This document shows positions 20,525-30,710 of a stretch of 39,297 nt of DNA, piece by piece. The notes below the pieces were generated by a model that was not told where the DNA came from, did not search any database, and saw only the letters and a list, made by a program, of their open reading frames with translations. The position numbers and the translations under genes are program-made. Every line of letters begins with the position of its first letter. Within the stretch, counting starts at the first letter, position 1. Source of the DNA: an uncultured delta proteobacterium (lineage in GTDB: Bacteria > Desulfobacterota > Binatia > Bin18); assembly GCA_963733195.1 (NCBI GenBank), contig CAVTCR010000021.1, positions 1-39,297 on the forward strand, in the 5' to 3' direction.

Positions 20525-22226
20525 AGGCGGTACGGTCGTCGATGGCACGCGTGCACCACGACGTCAGGCTGATGTCTGGATCAAAGACGGCAAGGTTGCC
20601 CAGATCGGTGGCAAGGCGGATGGATTCGCCAAACGCACGATCGATGCCGATGGATTGATTGTTGCCCCTGGATTTGTCGATCTTCATACTCACTACGATG
20701 CCCAGATTCGCTGGGACCCATATTGCACAATCTCCGGTTGGCACGGTGTCACATCAGTGGTGCTCGGTAACTGCGGCTTTGGCTTCGCACCAGTGAAACC
20801 AGACTTCCGCGAACGTTCGATGCTGACGATGACCCGCACCGAAGCGATTCCGTTCGTTTCCATGAAAGAAGGCATGACCTGGGATTGGGAGACGATTCCG
20901 CAGTATCTTGATTCGCTTGATCGCTCTGCCAAAGGCGTGAATTGCATCCAATACATGCCGACTGCGTCGTTGATGATCTACGTAATGGGACTTGAAGCCG
21001 CGAAGACGCGCCGTGCCACTGAAGCTGAACAAAAAGAGATGCAGCGATTGCTCAACGAAGGCATGGACGCTGGTCTATGCGGCTTTTCGATTCAGCGTCT
21101 GGGCCGGCATTCCGGTCAAGCTGATTACGACGGTTCGCCGATGGTGACCGACACCATGTGTGACGAAGATATCCTCATTCTCGCTGAAGTCCTACGGATG
21201 CGGAACGAAGGCTTCGTACAGATCACGCAAGCGACCGGACACATTAAAGAAGATCTCGCCTTCGTAGAAAAACTGGCCGCAACAGCGCAACGGCCAATTC
21301 TGCACAACGCTATCGCCGCCAGCAAACGCGATGCCGACATCCATCGTAAGAGCATTGCCTGGCTGGAAAAAGCCCGCGCCAACGGCTTACCGATTTACGG
21401 TCAAGCGGCAACCGTGCGCAGCGGTTTTGCCTTCACGCTTGAACACTGGAATCTGTATGACGTATCCGCGGCATGGCGCGACCTGTTGATGGGCAGCAAA
21501 GAGGAACGTGCGGCCAACATGCGCAATCCACAAATGCGTGAGGCTGCCAAGAGCGAAAAAGCCATGCGCGCGCTCGATCGTAACGCCTTTGGCATTGGCG
21601 GACGTCTTCAGCGCTTGCTCGTGCAATCGGTAGCTAACCAACCAGAACTAGAAAAATACGTCGGCAAATCACTCAGCCAGATCGCCCAAGAAGAAGGTAA
21701 GCATGCGGTTGACGTGATGCTTGATCTCTCGCTGGCAACTGACCTCAAAGCCGAATTCCTCCAGCCCGAGCCGGAGTTCAACGCCGAATACAATGCTGAA
21801 CTGATCACCACCTCCGAGCATACCTTCCCTGGTGTATCCGATGGCGGCGCGCACACCAAGTTCTTCACAGGCGGTGCGTTCACCACAGATTTCCTTGGGT
21901 GGTTAGTGCGTGACGAGCAGAAGATCTCCCTGGAAGAAGCGCACTATCGGTTATCTGCACTCCCATGCAAAGCCGCTGGTTTCCAGGATCGTGGCGTGCT
22001 GCGTGAAGGTTCTGCTGCCGATGTCGTCGTGTACGATCTCAATGGCCTTGGTGTCGAGCCAGACTGGATCGGCGAAATTGCCCACGATTTCCCTGGTGGC
22101 GAATGGCGTCGCGTCCAGCGGGCCAAAGGTTACCGCGCAATTATCGTCAACGGCGTACCGACCTTTGAAGAGGGTAAGTGCACCGGCAACACACCTGGCA
22201 AACTCCTGCGGCATGGCCGCGGCTAA
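20499..22226 (+). CDS. N-acyl-D-amino-acid deacylase family amidohydrolase
   Basis: APGFVDLHTHYD, HGVTSVVLGNCG, SDGGAH; AGGAGG RBS. Confidence 0.92.
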   Translation: MAEYDLHIKGGTVVDGTRAPRRQADVWIKDGKVAQIGGKADGFAKRTIDADGLIVAPGFVDLHTHYDAQIRWDPYCTISGWHGVTSVVLGNCGFGFAPVKPDFRERSMLTMTRTEAIPFVSMKEGMTWDWETIPQYLDSLDRSAKGVNCIQYMPTASLMIYVMGLEAAKTRRATEAEQKEMQRLLNEGMDAGLCGFSIQRLGRHSGQADYDGSPMVTDTMCDEDILILAEVLRMRNEGFVQITQATGHIKEDLAFVEKLAATAQRPILHNAIAASKRDADIHRKSIAWLEKARANGLPIYGQAATVRSGFAFTLEHWNLYDVSAAWRDLLMGSKEERAANMRNPQMREAAKSEKAMRALDRNAFGIGGRLQRLLVQSVANQPELEKYVGKSLSQIAQEEGKHAVDVMLDLSLATDLKAEFLQPEPEFNAEYNAELITTSEHTFPGVSDGGAHTKFFTGGAFTTDFLGWLVRDEQKISLEEAHYRLSALPCKAAGFQDRGVLREGSAADVVVYDLNGLGVEPDWIGEIAHDFPGGEWRRVQRAKGYRAIIVNGVPTFEEGKCTGNTPGKLLRHGRG

Positions 22227-22337
22227 TCTTCCGAAGCACGGTTGATTCCTTCTCCCTCGCGGGAGAGGGACAGGGTGAGAGGATGAAAGCTATCAATTGC
22301 GAATGCGGACTGGTGATTGCAGAATTCAAGAGAACCT

Positions 22338-22557
22338 TAATCCCCAATCCTACCCCCTCATTTGCCCAGCCGTTGAGATCGGATTCAGCAGGCCGCTTCC
22401 CATACCCTCGACGATAAGCCTCAGCAATTGTCGAACGCCGTCTTTGCGAAGATAGCACTGCACGACGAATCACTGCCGAACGTCCTTGCTGTTTCACTGT
22501 CATCATTGTCGAGCTTCTCTAGGAGTCGCTCATCAAAGTAATTTGGATAGCTTTCAT
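22338..22557 (-). pseudogene. CopG/RHH antitoxin-like gene, frameshifted, no adjacent toxin
   Basis: Joined frames MKAIQIT.DERLLEKLD...KQQGRSAVIRRAV...IAEAYRRGYG. Confidence 0.6.
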
Positions 22558-22672
22558 AGGGATGTTTTATGTTGAGATTACGATGGTTGCGCCAGTAGCT
22601 TGCCTTCTGCTCCATGAATGCTCTATAGGTCACATAACCACGGAAAAGGAGGGACTGAGCGGCAACGGACAC

Positions 22673-24158
22673 ATGACAGCAGCAAAAATTCGCGCCAGTC
22701 TGCGACATCCGATCATCGATGCCGACGGACATTGGCTGGAGTTCGGACCGGTGGTCCGTGAACAACTCAAAAAGATCGGTGGGGAGAAAGCGGTTGAAGG
22801 GTTCGGTCTCTTCGGCGCACAAGTTGTGAATGCGCTTTCTCAGTCGGTTGCCGATCGGCGCAACCAACGTTCTGCCCAAGAAGCCTTCTGGGCACTGCCA
22901 ACCAAGAACACTCGTGATCGTGCGACAGCGATGCTACCTCGTCTGCTCAACGAACGACTAGAAGAACTCGGGCTCGATTTCACTGTCTTGTACCCGACCG
23001 CCGGTCTTGGCATCGCCCGCAATCCAGATACGGAATCCCGTCGTGCTACTTGTCGAGCATTCAACACTTTCAGTTCAGAGTATTTTCGCCCATTCGCTGA
23101 ATCGCATGACGCCAGCAGCAGTCATCCCAATGCACACGCCTGAAGAAGCGATCGAAGAACTGGAATACGTCGTCAAACAACTCGGCATGAAAGTGGTGAT
23201 GATGTGGAGCATGATTCGCCGACCGATTCCTGCATACGAAGGCAAGCATCCTGATATGGAGAAAGTCGCCTTGTGGCATGATCCCCTCGGACTCGATAGC
23301 GAATATGATTACGATCCGTTATGGAAGAAGTGTGTCGAACTAAAAGTCTCGCCGACCTTCCATACTGGCGGGCGCGGATATGGACTCCGTATCTCGCCGA
23401 CTAACTTCACCTACAATCACATCGGTCATTTCGCCGTCGCTCATGAGGCAGTGTGCAAAGCGCTTTTTCTCGGTGGCGTCACGCGGCGGTTTCCACAACT
23501 CAAGTTCGGGTTCCTGGAAGGCGGTGTCGGCTGGGCCTGTCAACTGTACGCAGACCTCATTGGCCACTGGGAAAAGCGCCATCTCGAAGCCCTAGAAGAA
23601 GTGAATCCGAAAAATCTCGATTATGCGCTCCTGACGAAGTTGGCCGAGACCTATGGTAGTCCGGAAGTGCAAAGTGCATTAGGGAAAAGAAAAGATCTGG
23701 TTGACAGCTCGACATTCTCACAAAGTGCGAACCTCACCGGAGGCATCGACAACCTGGACGATTACGCCGCGTGCAAGATCACCAAGAAACAAGATCTCCG
23801 CGATCTCTTTGTCGACAGTTTCTATTTCGGCTGTGAAGCAGATGACCCCGTCAATGCCTGGGCGTTTAATAGCAAGGCAAATCCGTACGGGGCACGCATT
23901 AACGCATTGTTTGGCTCTGACATCGGCCACTTCGATGTGCCAGACATGACAGGTGTGGTTCCAGAAGCATATGAACTACTCGAAGACGGATTGGTCAATG
24001 AAGACGATTTCCGTGACTTCACCTTCGCCAATGCCGTGCGATTCTGGGGCACAGCTAATCCGAATTTCTTTAAGGGTACGGTCGTGGAAAAGGAAGCGGC
24101 GGCGGTGTTGGCTGAGAGCAAACAGAAGGCTGGAGAGAGTACACTAGCGGCGTTGTAA
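22673..24158 (+). CDS. Amidohydrolase family protein (frameshift ~23100)
   Basis: IIDADGH, YDPLWKKCVEL..SPTFH, FLEGGVGW, FGSDIGHFDV. Confidence 0.88.
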
Positions 24159-24220
24159 GTACTGAAGCGCAGTAACAAGTTCACTAGTGGATCTCGGCAT
24201 GGCACGAAGCTCTGCCCTGC

Positions 24221-24300
24221 GATTCGTCGCACTTCGCGGGAATGACGAAGCCTCTCGTTTCGTCATTCCGGGCGAGCAGCGCGAGACCCGGAATCCAGGG
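24221..24300. repeat. GGAATGAC/GTCATTCC palindromic repeat pair
   Basis: gggaatgacgaag...ttcgtcattccgggcgagcagcgcgagacccggaatccagg. Confidence 0.75.
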
Positions 24301-24453
24301 CGTCAGCTTTTGCCGCCATGCTGAGCATGCCGCGCTCCAGGTAGACTCAGAATGACAAGCGGTTAGGCTGCGCTCGTCCCCTGTAAATCATCGCCTTCTG
24401 TATCTTTCCTCTCTTCTTCTCTTTCCTCCTCTCTACACTGTCTGTCGCTAACG

Positions 24454-25690
24454 ATGCAACCGCAACCCTCTTTCCTCTCTCCCTGGTGTAACCAGCATCG
24501 AAGGCCAGCAAGTACCTCCACTTCTTGCACCAATCAATCGCCTCAATACGCGTCTACGCCTTTCATGGATGGTCGCTTCGAGCCAATCCCCTTTCAAATC
24601 GACGAACGTGATCAGCGCAATCGCTGGGCACTCGACCAAGGACCACAACCGAAACTCGACGATTCCCCTGGTGTATTCGATGAAAACGATGTGCTGGTCG
24701 CTGATGCATCGCGACCTCGGCCACGCGGCTCGCTGGCGCAGTTACCGAAAGAAGGCATCGTCGTGGATAGAGGTTCGTGTTCGGTACTGACGCGGCCCCT
24801 TTGGGTTTCGCCTACGTTGGCATCTTCGCCAAAGCATCGACCGAGTCTGTATCTCACTCCTCGTATACTCGTTACGACGCCAAGCAGACAAGGTCGATAC
24901 CGATCGTTACAGTCTTGCCTTCGCCGGAGCACCCTTCCCTTCTTCTCTCGCTTTTGTCGATCACATGGGTGACACCAGCACGAACCTTATCAACGGCATT
25001 GGCGTTATCGGTGAGGTCCGTTTTTTGAAAGGCCTGCTGACACTGCGTCGGACCGATCAAAGCATACAATCCGAGGTGCTTGCTTATCGTCAGGGCGCGG
25101 TCCGGACGATTCGTCGCGCTCGCTATTGGATTCCTCTTCCTCTCGGATTTCGCACCAATGGTCGTGTTGATGTCATATTCTACCGAGACTTCGTTGAAGG
25201 CACGGCAACAGTCAGGCTCAAGGTTCCTCCTCGACTGATCCTTGCCGACGGAGAGATCCAGGCTTATTTTCGCTTTCTTGATCTGAATGGGGCACGCCTG
25301 ATCGTTGAAGGACAAGAGCATACCGGCATTGTTGACGGCCACATAGATACTGCCGAACAGACACTGCATCGACATCCCATGCGTTGGGCAGCATTGGTAC
25401 TGCCTAACGGACGCACACTCCTGCTGATCGCGCGTCTGGAAGGTGCGTTGCAGCGGCTCGAGCAGCGACTCTACTTTAACGAGAGTCAGAACGGCGCAGC
25501 AGAGAGCAGTGGCAAGCCCTCCTTCGGCTTCGAGTTCTCCGGTGTCAATCAGTTAGAGACAGGAACACATCAGTTATCGGTATTTGCTATCACACTCGAT
25601 TCCACACAAGTTGAGGACATTCGTCGGACGGTTGAGCGATTTCTCACACCACCACCAATAAGCATGACGACTATACCCACCAGCGGTTGA
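24454..25690 (+). CDS. Hypothetical protein, multiple frameshifts in the 5' half
   Basis: Coding-like segments (FEPIPFQIDER; 241-aa ORF 24965-25690) in shifting frames; start uncertain. Confidence 0.5.
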
Positions 25691-25755
25691 CAAAAGACAC
25701 GGTGTCGTTGCATACCGGACGCGGCAAACTTGCTAACCCACTGAGAGGTCAATCA

Positions 25756-26064
25756 ATGGCGTTTATTTACAAAGTCAGTCAGCAGGACCAGACGGTTGTG
25801 GAAGAGTTCCAGCAGAAACCCATCGGACATCACAGCCCCAAACTGCAACGGGTTCTCAATGTCTTTCGTGGCGAAGATGCCAAAGACAAGTATGTCCTCA
25901 TCTGCACCAAGCCCCACAAAGAATGGACACTCGGCCTCTTACCGGGCGAACGCGGCAAGCCAGTCAGGCTCTTGAAAGATCAAGTGTTCACCAATGTGGA
26001 AGATGCAGAGCGTGAGATTTTTCGACGACGGTGGAAGAAGTATGTCGGACAGGATCTGGACTGA
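25756..26064 (+). CDS. dmfA1: N,N-dimethylformamidase small subunit-like protein
   Basis: EEFQQKPIGHHSPKLQRVLNVFRG...AEREIFRRRW; directly upstream of the large subunit. Confidence 0.75.
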   Translation: MAFIYKVSQQDQTVVEEFQQKPIGHHSPKLQRVLNVFRGEDAKDKYVLICTKPHKEWTLGLLPGERGKPVRLLKDQVFTNVEDAEREIFRRRWKKYVGQDLD

Positions 26065-26192
26065 TCCCGTACACCAATCAAGGAGTGTTTTTACGTAACA
26101 CGCAATGCGTAACATGCGGTCCGTACTGCACGAAACGCGTTGCGTGACCCTTGCAGCTTTATCCTTTTACCGTTGTTTTCCGCGAGGCGCGA

Positions 26193-28439
26193 ATGAAAAT
26201 CACCGGCTATAGCGACAAAATCAGTGTACTCCCAGGCGAGACGATTAGTTTTATGGTGAACTGTGAGCTGCCAACCTATCAAGCGGAGATTGTGCGCGTT
26301 ATTTGTGGCGATACCAATCCAGCAGGACCGGGAGTCAAAGAAAAAGTCATCAACACGCCCGCTAACAAGATCTACAAGGGCCGCAAACAGCTTATCGAGT
26401 CTGGCTCGTATATCTCCATCCCAACTCACCCACTGTTAGAAAATCTGCAAAGTTTTACTATTCAAGCGATGATCTGGCCGACTACGCCAGACAAAGGCAG
26501 ACAAGTGATCGCGGCAAAATTCCATGATCGCAGCAAGGCTGGATTCGCACTCATTATTGCTGAGGATGGGTCTCTTGCATTGGTCCTTGGGGATGGACGC
26601 GGCAATGAAGAAGTGATCGCGACGCAGAAACCCTTGTTGGCACGTGAATGGTATTTCGTCGCGGCGAGCTACGATGCCAAGAGCCGAGAGGTCACACTCT
26701 ACCAAGAACCATTCGTGAGTTATCCATTGGCGAACGACGCGGCAGAGATCCACAGCAGAACAAAAACCAAGAGCATAGGCAGCAGTCAATCTCCGCTCAT
26801 GTTTGCTGCCTTTCGTAGCGGCAACGGCAAAGGCAAGCTCGATGGGAAGTATAACGGCAAGATCGACAGTCCACGCCTGGCTAATCGTGTCTTGAGTCGC
26901 ACAGAGATGGAAATGCTGAAGAGCACGACGATCCCGGCATCGCTGACAAACGTGATCGTTGGCGCGTGGGATTTTTCACGTGATATTCGCTCGACAAGGG
27001 CCAGTGACATTTCTCCAAACCTGCTACATGGAGAAGCCGTCAACCTGCCGGCACGTGGCATGAAAGGGTACAACTGGACCGGTGAGTTCATGAACTGGCA
27101 GCAGGGACCACAACATTATGGTGCGATCCACTTTCATGACGATGATATTTACGACGCTGGCTGGGAGGTCGATTTCACCTTGACTATTCCTGCGTCACTG
27201 AAAAGTGGACTGTACGCCGCACGTCTGCGCTCGGGCGAGGAGGAAGAGTATATTCCCTTCGCCGTTCGCCCCGTACCCGGCAAAGAGAAGAAGATTGCAT
27301 TCTTGCTTCCCACTGCCAGTTATATGGCCTATGCCAACGAACACATGGCGTTCAATGCGGCTGCCATCATTGAGGTTGTCGCTGGCCGAATCCCTACCCT
27401 CGATCGGAACAGCTTGTTCCTCAACGAACACCGTGAGTACGGATTATCCTGTTACGACACACACTCTGATGGTTCGGGTGTGTGCTACTCTTCCCGGTTA
27501 CGCCCGATTCTTAACATGCGTCCCAAACACATCTCCGCGCTCGGTGGGCACGGATCGTCATTGTGGCAATTCAACGCCGACACACATATCACTGATTGGC
27601 TAGAAGCGATGGGCTATGAGTTCGATGTCATCACCGACGAAGATTTGCACTATCACGGCTATGAGCTGCTAAAACCCTATTCCGTCATCCTCTCCAGTAC
27701 TCATCCTGAGTATCATTCCAAGCCGATGTGGGACGCATTGTTGGCGTACCAACAACGTGGCGGGCGATTCATGTACATGGGCGCCAACGGCTGGTATTGG
27801 CGTATTGCCTATCATCCAGAGTTATCAGGGGTGATGGAAGTGCGGCGGAATGAAGGAGGGATTCGTACTTGGGCCGCCGAACCAGGTGAATACTATCACA
27901 GTTTCACTGGCGAATACGGTGGCTTGTGGCGACGCCAAGGTCGCCCACCGCAAATGATCGTCGGCACCGGCTTCACCGCACAGGGGTTCGATATTTCTGC
28001 ACCGTACGCCCGCTTGCCCGATAGTTTTCATCCACGCGCTGCCTTTATCTTCGAGGGTATAGGGAAAGATGAGATTATTGGTGATTTTGGCTTGATCGGT
28101 GGTGGGGCAGCAGGACTAGAGATCGATCGTGCAGACCGCCTGTTGGGTACTCCGCCACATGCATTAGTACTAGCCACTTCGATGGGCAAGCACACGGACG
28201 TCTATCTCGTTGTGTGTGAGGAACTTCTGGCAACCTACCCAGGACTCGGTGGAACAGAAAATGAGTTAGTCCGGGCTGATATGGTCTTTTACGAAACACC
28301 CAACGGGGGCGCGCTGTGGGCCTCAAGCTCGATCGCCTGGGCAGGCAGTTTGTCTCACAACAAGTATAAGAATAATGTCTCGCGTATTACGAGGAATGTG
28401 CTCGATCGTTTTCTTGATCCGAAGCCGTTTGTGAAATAG
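26193..28439 (+). CDS. dmfA2: N,N-dimethylformamidase large subunit family protein
   Basis: YGAIHFHDDD, PTASYMAYAN, GLSCYDTHSDGSG, HPEY, MGANGWYW, GGGAAGLEID. Confidence 0.88.
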   Translation: MKITGYSDKISVLPGETISFMVNCELPTYQAEIVRVICGDTNPAGPGVKEKVINTPANKIYKGRKQLIESGSYISIPTHPLLENLQSFTIQAMIWPTTPDKGRQVIAAKFHDRSKAGFALIIAEDGSLALVLGDGRGNEEVIATQKPLLAREWYFVAASYDAKSREVTLYQEPFVSYPLANDAAEIHSRTKTKSIGSSQSPLMFAAFRSGNGKGKLDGKYNGKIDSPRLANRVLSRTEMEMLKSTTIPASLTNVIVGAWDFSRDIRSTRASDISPNLLHGEAVNLPARGMKGYNWTGEFMNWQQGPQHYGAIHFHDDDIYDAGWEVDFTLTIPASLKSGLYAARLRSGEEEEYIPFAVRPVPGKEKKIAFLLPTASYMAYANEHMAFNAAAIIEVVAGRIPTLDRNSLFLNEHREYGLSCYDTHSDGSGVCYSSRLRPILNMRPKHISALGGHGSSLWQFNADTHITDWLEAMGYEFDVITDEDLHYHGYELLKPYSVILSSTHPEYHSKPMWDALLAYQQRGGRFMYMGANGWYWRIAYHPELSGVMEVRRNEGGIRTWAAEPGEYYHSFTGEYGGLWRRQGRPPQMIVGTGFTAQGFDISAPYARLPDSFHPRAAFIFEGIGKDEIIGDFGLIGGGAAGLEIDRADRLLGTPPHALVLATSMGKHTDVYLVVCEELLATYPGLGGTENELVRADMVFYETPNGGALWASSSIAWAGSLSHNKYKNNVSRITRNVLDRFLDPKPFVK

Positions 28440-28445
28440 ACGGAT

Positions 28446-28706
28446 GTGAAGCCACTTCGTTTTCATCGGCGAAACCTTGCACGACATGATGTTGGTGAGG
28501 AAGAAATTCGTGAATGTCTTTTCAATCGCCATCTTTTGTTTCGTAATCCACAGGGAGGAACAAAAACGTACAAGGTTATTGGAAAAACTGATGCCGGACA
28601 GTTTTTAGAGTTTGTCTATGAAGACAAAGGAGATCATTGGTTTGTCTTTCATGCCATGCCTGCAAGGCAGGCTGATGTCAAATTATATCATCGTAAGGTA
28701 AAGTGA
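28446..28706 (+). CDS. BrnT/RelE-like toxin of a type II TA pair
   Basis: 86 aa: LARHDVGEEEIRECL...YKVIGKTDAGQFL...VFHAMPA. Confidence 0.65.
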   Translation: MKPLRFHRRNLARHDVGEEEIRECLFNRHLLFRNPQGGTKTYKVIGKTDAGQFLEFVYEDKGDHWFVFHAMPARQADVKLYHRKVK

Positions 28707-28710
28707 TTTC

Positions 28711-28998
28711 ATGCAGCGCAAAGCGAAAACAACGATCCCACCCCTCTCCCCTGGAGCTTCTGCTGAAGCCAAAGCTCGATACTATGAACGCTATTCTACT
28801 CAAGAACTCATAGCTGCAGGGCAATTAGAGGAAGTAGGCGTCCGTAAGTATCCGCGAAAAACGGAGACGCTTAGCCTTCGCGTCGACACCGACTTGCTGT
28901 TCCAATTGAAGCGCCTCGCAAAAAAGAAAAATTTACCGCTTCGCACCTTGATTCGTACCTGGCTCGTACAACATACTCAGCAAGAGAAGGCTGCGTAA
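28711..28998 (+). CDS. BrnA/CopG-like antitoxin
   Basis: C-terminal RHH: KTETLSLRVDTDLLFQLKRLAKKKNLPLRTLIRTWL; 4 bp downstream of the toxin. Confidence 0.7.
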   Translation: MQRKAKTTIPPLSPGASAEAKARYYERYSTQELIAAGQLEEVGVRKYPRKTETLSLRVDTDLLFQLKRLAKKKNLPLRTLIRTWLVQHTQQEKAA

Positions 28999-29058
28999 GT
29001 AGCGGAGGTGCTTCCAAGGGAGATGCAATTTACTTGGGAGTACGCTAAAAGCCGCAGC

Positions 29059-30597
29059 ATGACTACGCAAACTTTTGTCACTTTATCGGATCTGCTTTCT
29101 GTTGGTGCACCTACTCACCCTGCCCTGATTGTCCCCGAAGGTGGCCCAGTCGTCACGTACAGTTCTTTGCATGCTCAAGTAGAGCGCCTCGCCGCACGCC
29201 TACAGGAACTAGGAATTGGCCGTGGCGATCGTGTAGCAATGGCGCTACCGAATGGCATTGAAGTTATCACCATGTTTCTTGCCGTCGGAGCTGCTGCCGC
29301 AACTGCCGCACCTCTGAATCCCGCCTATACAACCGAGGAGTTTCGTTTTTACCTCGAAGACATCGAAGCCAAGGTGCTCCTTGTCCCTCCAGGGGGTGCA
29401 GAACAGGCACGAGCTGCAGCACCAGCCAACGCACTGTTGATCGAAACCACGCTTTCTACTGATGGTCAAGTTGATCTTGTTCCGTTGAAAAAATCTCCAT
29501 TTACACGGAAACAAGCGACACCTTCCTCAGAGGATGTCACGTTATTCTTGCACACCAGCGGGACCACTAGCCGCCCTAAAGGCGTACCGCTCTCACATGG
29601 TAATTTGCTGACCTCAGCAGCCAATGTTGTTGCTACGTATGCGTTGACCCCAGACGATGTTTCACTGTGTGTGATGCCGCTGTTTCACGTTCACGGCTTA
29701 GTCGCTTCTACGCTCGCCACGTTTCGTTCTGGCGGGACAGTCGTTGTTCCATCACGGTTTAGTGCTGGTGCGTTTTGGCCAGCAGTAAAAGCCCATCGAG
29801 CCACCTGGTACACCGCCGTTCCGACGATTCACCAGGTCCTGTTGACTCGAGCAGATGAGGATCATGCCCCAACCCCGGGAACAAGTGGATTGCGGTTTAT
29901 TCGTTCATGCAGCTCGGCGCTTGCCCCAGCCACAATGGAAGGGATGGAGACTCGCTTTGGTTGTCCCGTGCTTGAAGCTTATGGTATGACCGAAGCTGCA
30001 CATCAGATGGCCTCAAACCCTCTTCCGCCAGAGAAACGACTTCCGGGCTCCGTCGGTCATGGCACCGGCGTCCAAGTCGGCATTATGGATGACGACGGCA
30101 AACTCCTTGCTTCTGGAGCGCAGGGGGAAGTTGTGATTCAAGGAAAAAATGTCACCCGCGGCTATCACAACAACCCTGAAGCGAACGCGGCCTCGTTCAC
30201 CAATGGCTGGTTCCGCACTGGCGATCAAGGCATTCTCGATGCCGATGGTTACCTCACCCTGGTTGGTCGTTTGAAGGAGCTGATTAATCGTGGTGGCGAG
30301 AAAATTTCCCCGCGCGAGATCGACGAGGCATTACTAACACACCCAGCCGTCGCTGAAGCGGTATGTTTTGGTGTCCCCGATACGAAGTACGGAGAAGAGG
30401 TTGCTGCTGCCGTGGTCTTAAAAGGCACAGCGAGTGAAGCAGAGCTGGCTGCACATTGTCGCGAGCGTTTGGCTGCTTTTAAGGTGCCCAAGACGATCCA
30501 TCTGGTGACTCAGATTCCTCGGACTGCGACGGGTAAAATTCAGCGCCGGGTGGTTGCCGCAGTGTTTACCAGTGCTCCAAAGGAGACTAAGAGGTAG
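29059..30597 (+). CDS. Acyl-CoA ligase, oxalate-CoA ligase-like
   Basis: LHTSGTTSRPKGV, RSCSSAL, EAYGMTEAAHQMASNP, WFRTGD, PRTATGKIQR. Confidence 0.85.
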   Translation: MTTQTFVTLSDLLSVGAPTHPALIVPEGGPVVTYSSLHAQVERLAARLQELGIGRGDRVAMALPNGIEVITMFLAVGAAAATAAPLNPAYTTEEFRFYLEDIEAKVLLVPPGGAEQARAAAPANALLIETTLSTDGQVDLVPLKKSPFTRKQATPSSEDVTLFLHTSGTTSRPKGVPLSHGNLLTSAANVVATYALTPDDVSLCVMPLFHVHGLVASTLATFRSGGTVVVPSRFSAGAFWPAVKAHRATWYTAVPTIHQVLLTRADEDHAPTPGTSGLRFIRSCSSALAPATMEGMETRFGCPVLEAYGMTEAAHQMASNPLPPEKRLPGSVGHGTGVQVGIMDDDGKLLASGAQGEVVIQGKNVTRGYHNNPEANAASFTNGWFRTGDQGILDADGYLTLVGRLKELINRGGEKISPREIDEALLTHPAVAEAVCFGVPDTKYGEEVAAAVVLKGTASEAELAAHCRERLAAFKVPKTIHLVTQIPRTATGKIQRRVVAAVFTSAPKETKR

Positions 30598-30710
30598 CAA
30601 GGCTTCTTGCGGGAAGATGCTGAGCTGGCCTCGGGGATGGAATCACTGCCTATGCCGGTCGCGCTGTTGTGCGGGGTGATGCGAGTCCCTGCCTGCTTAT
30701 TTGAGTCTCC

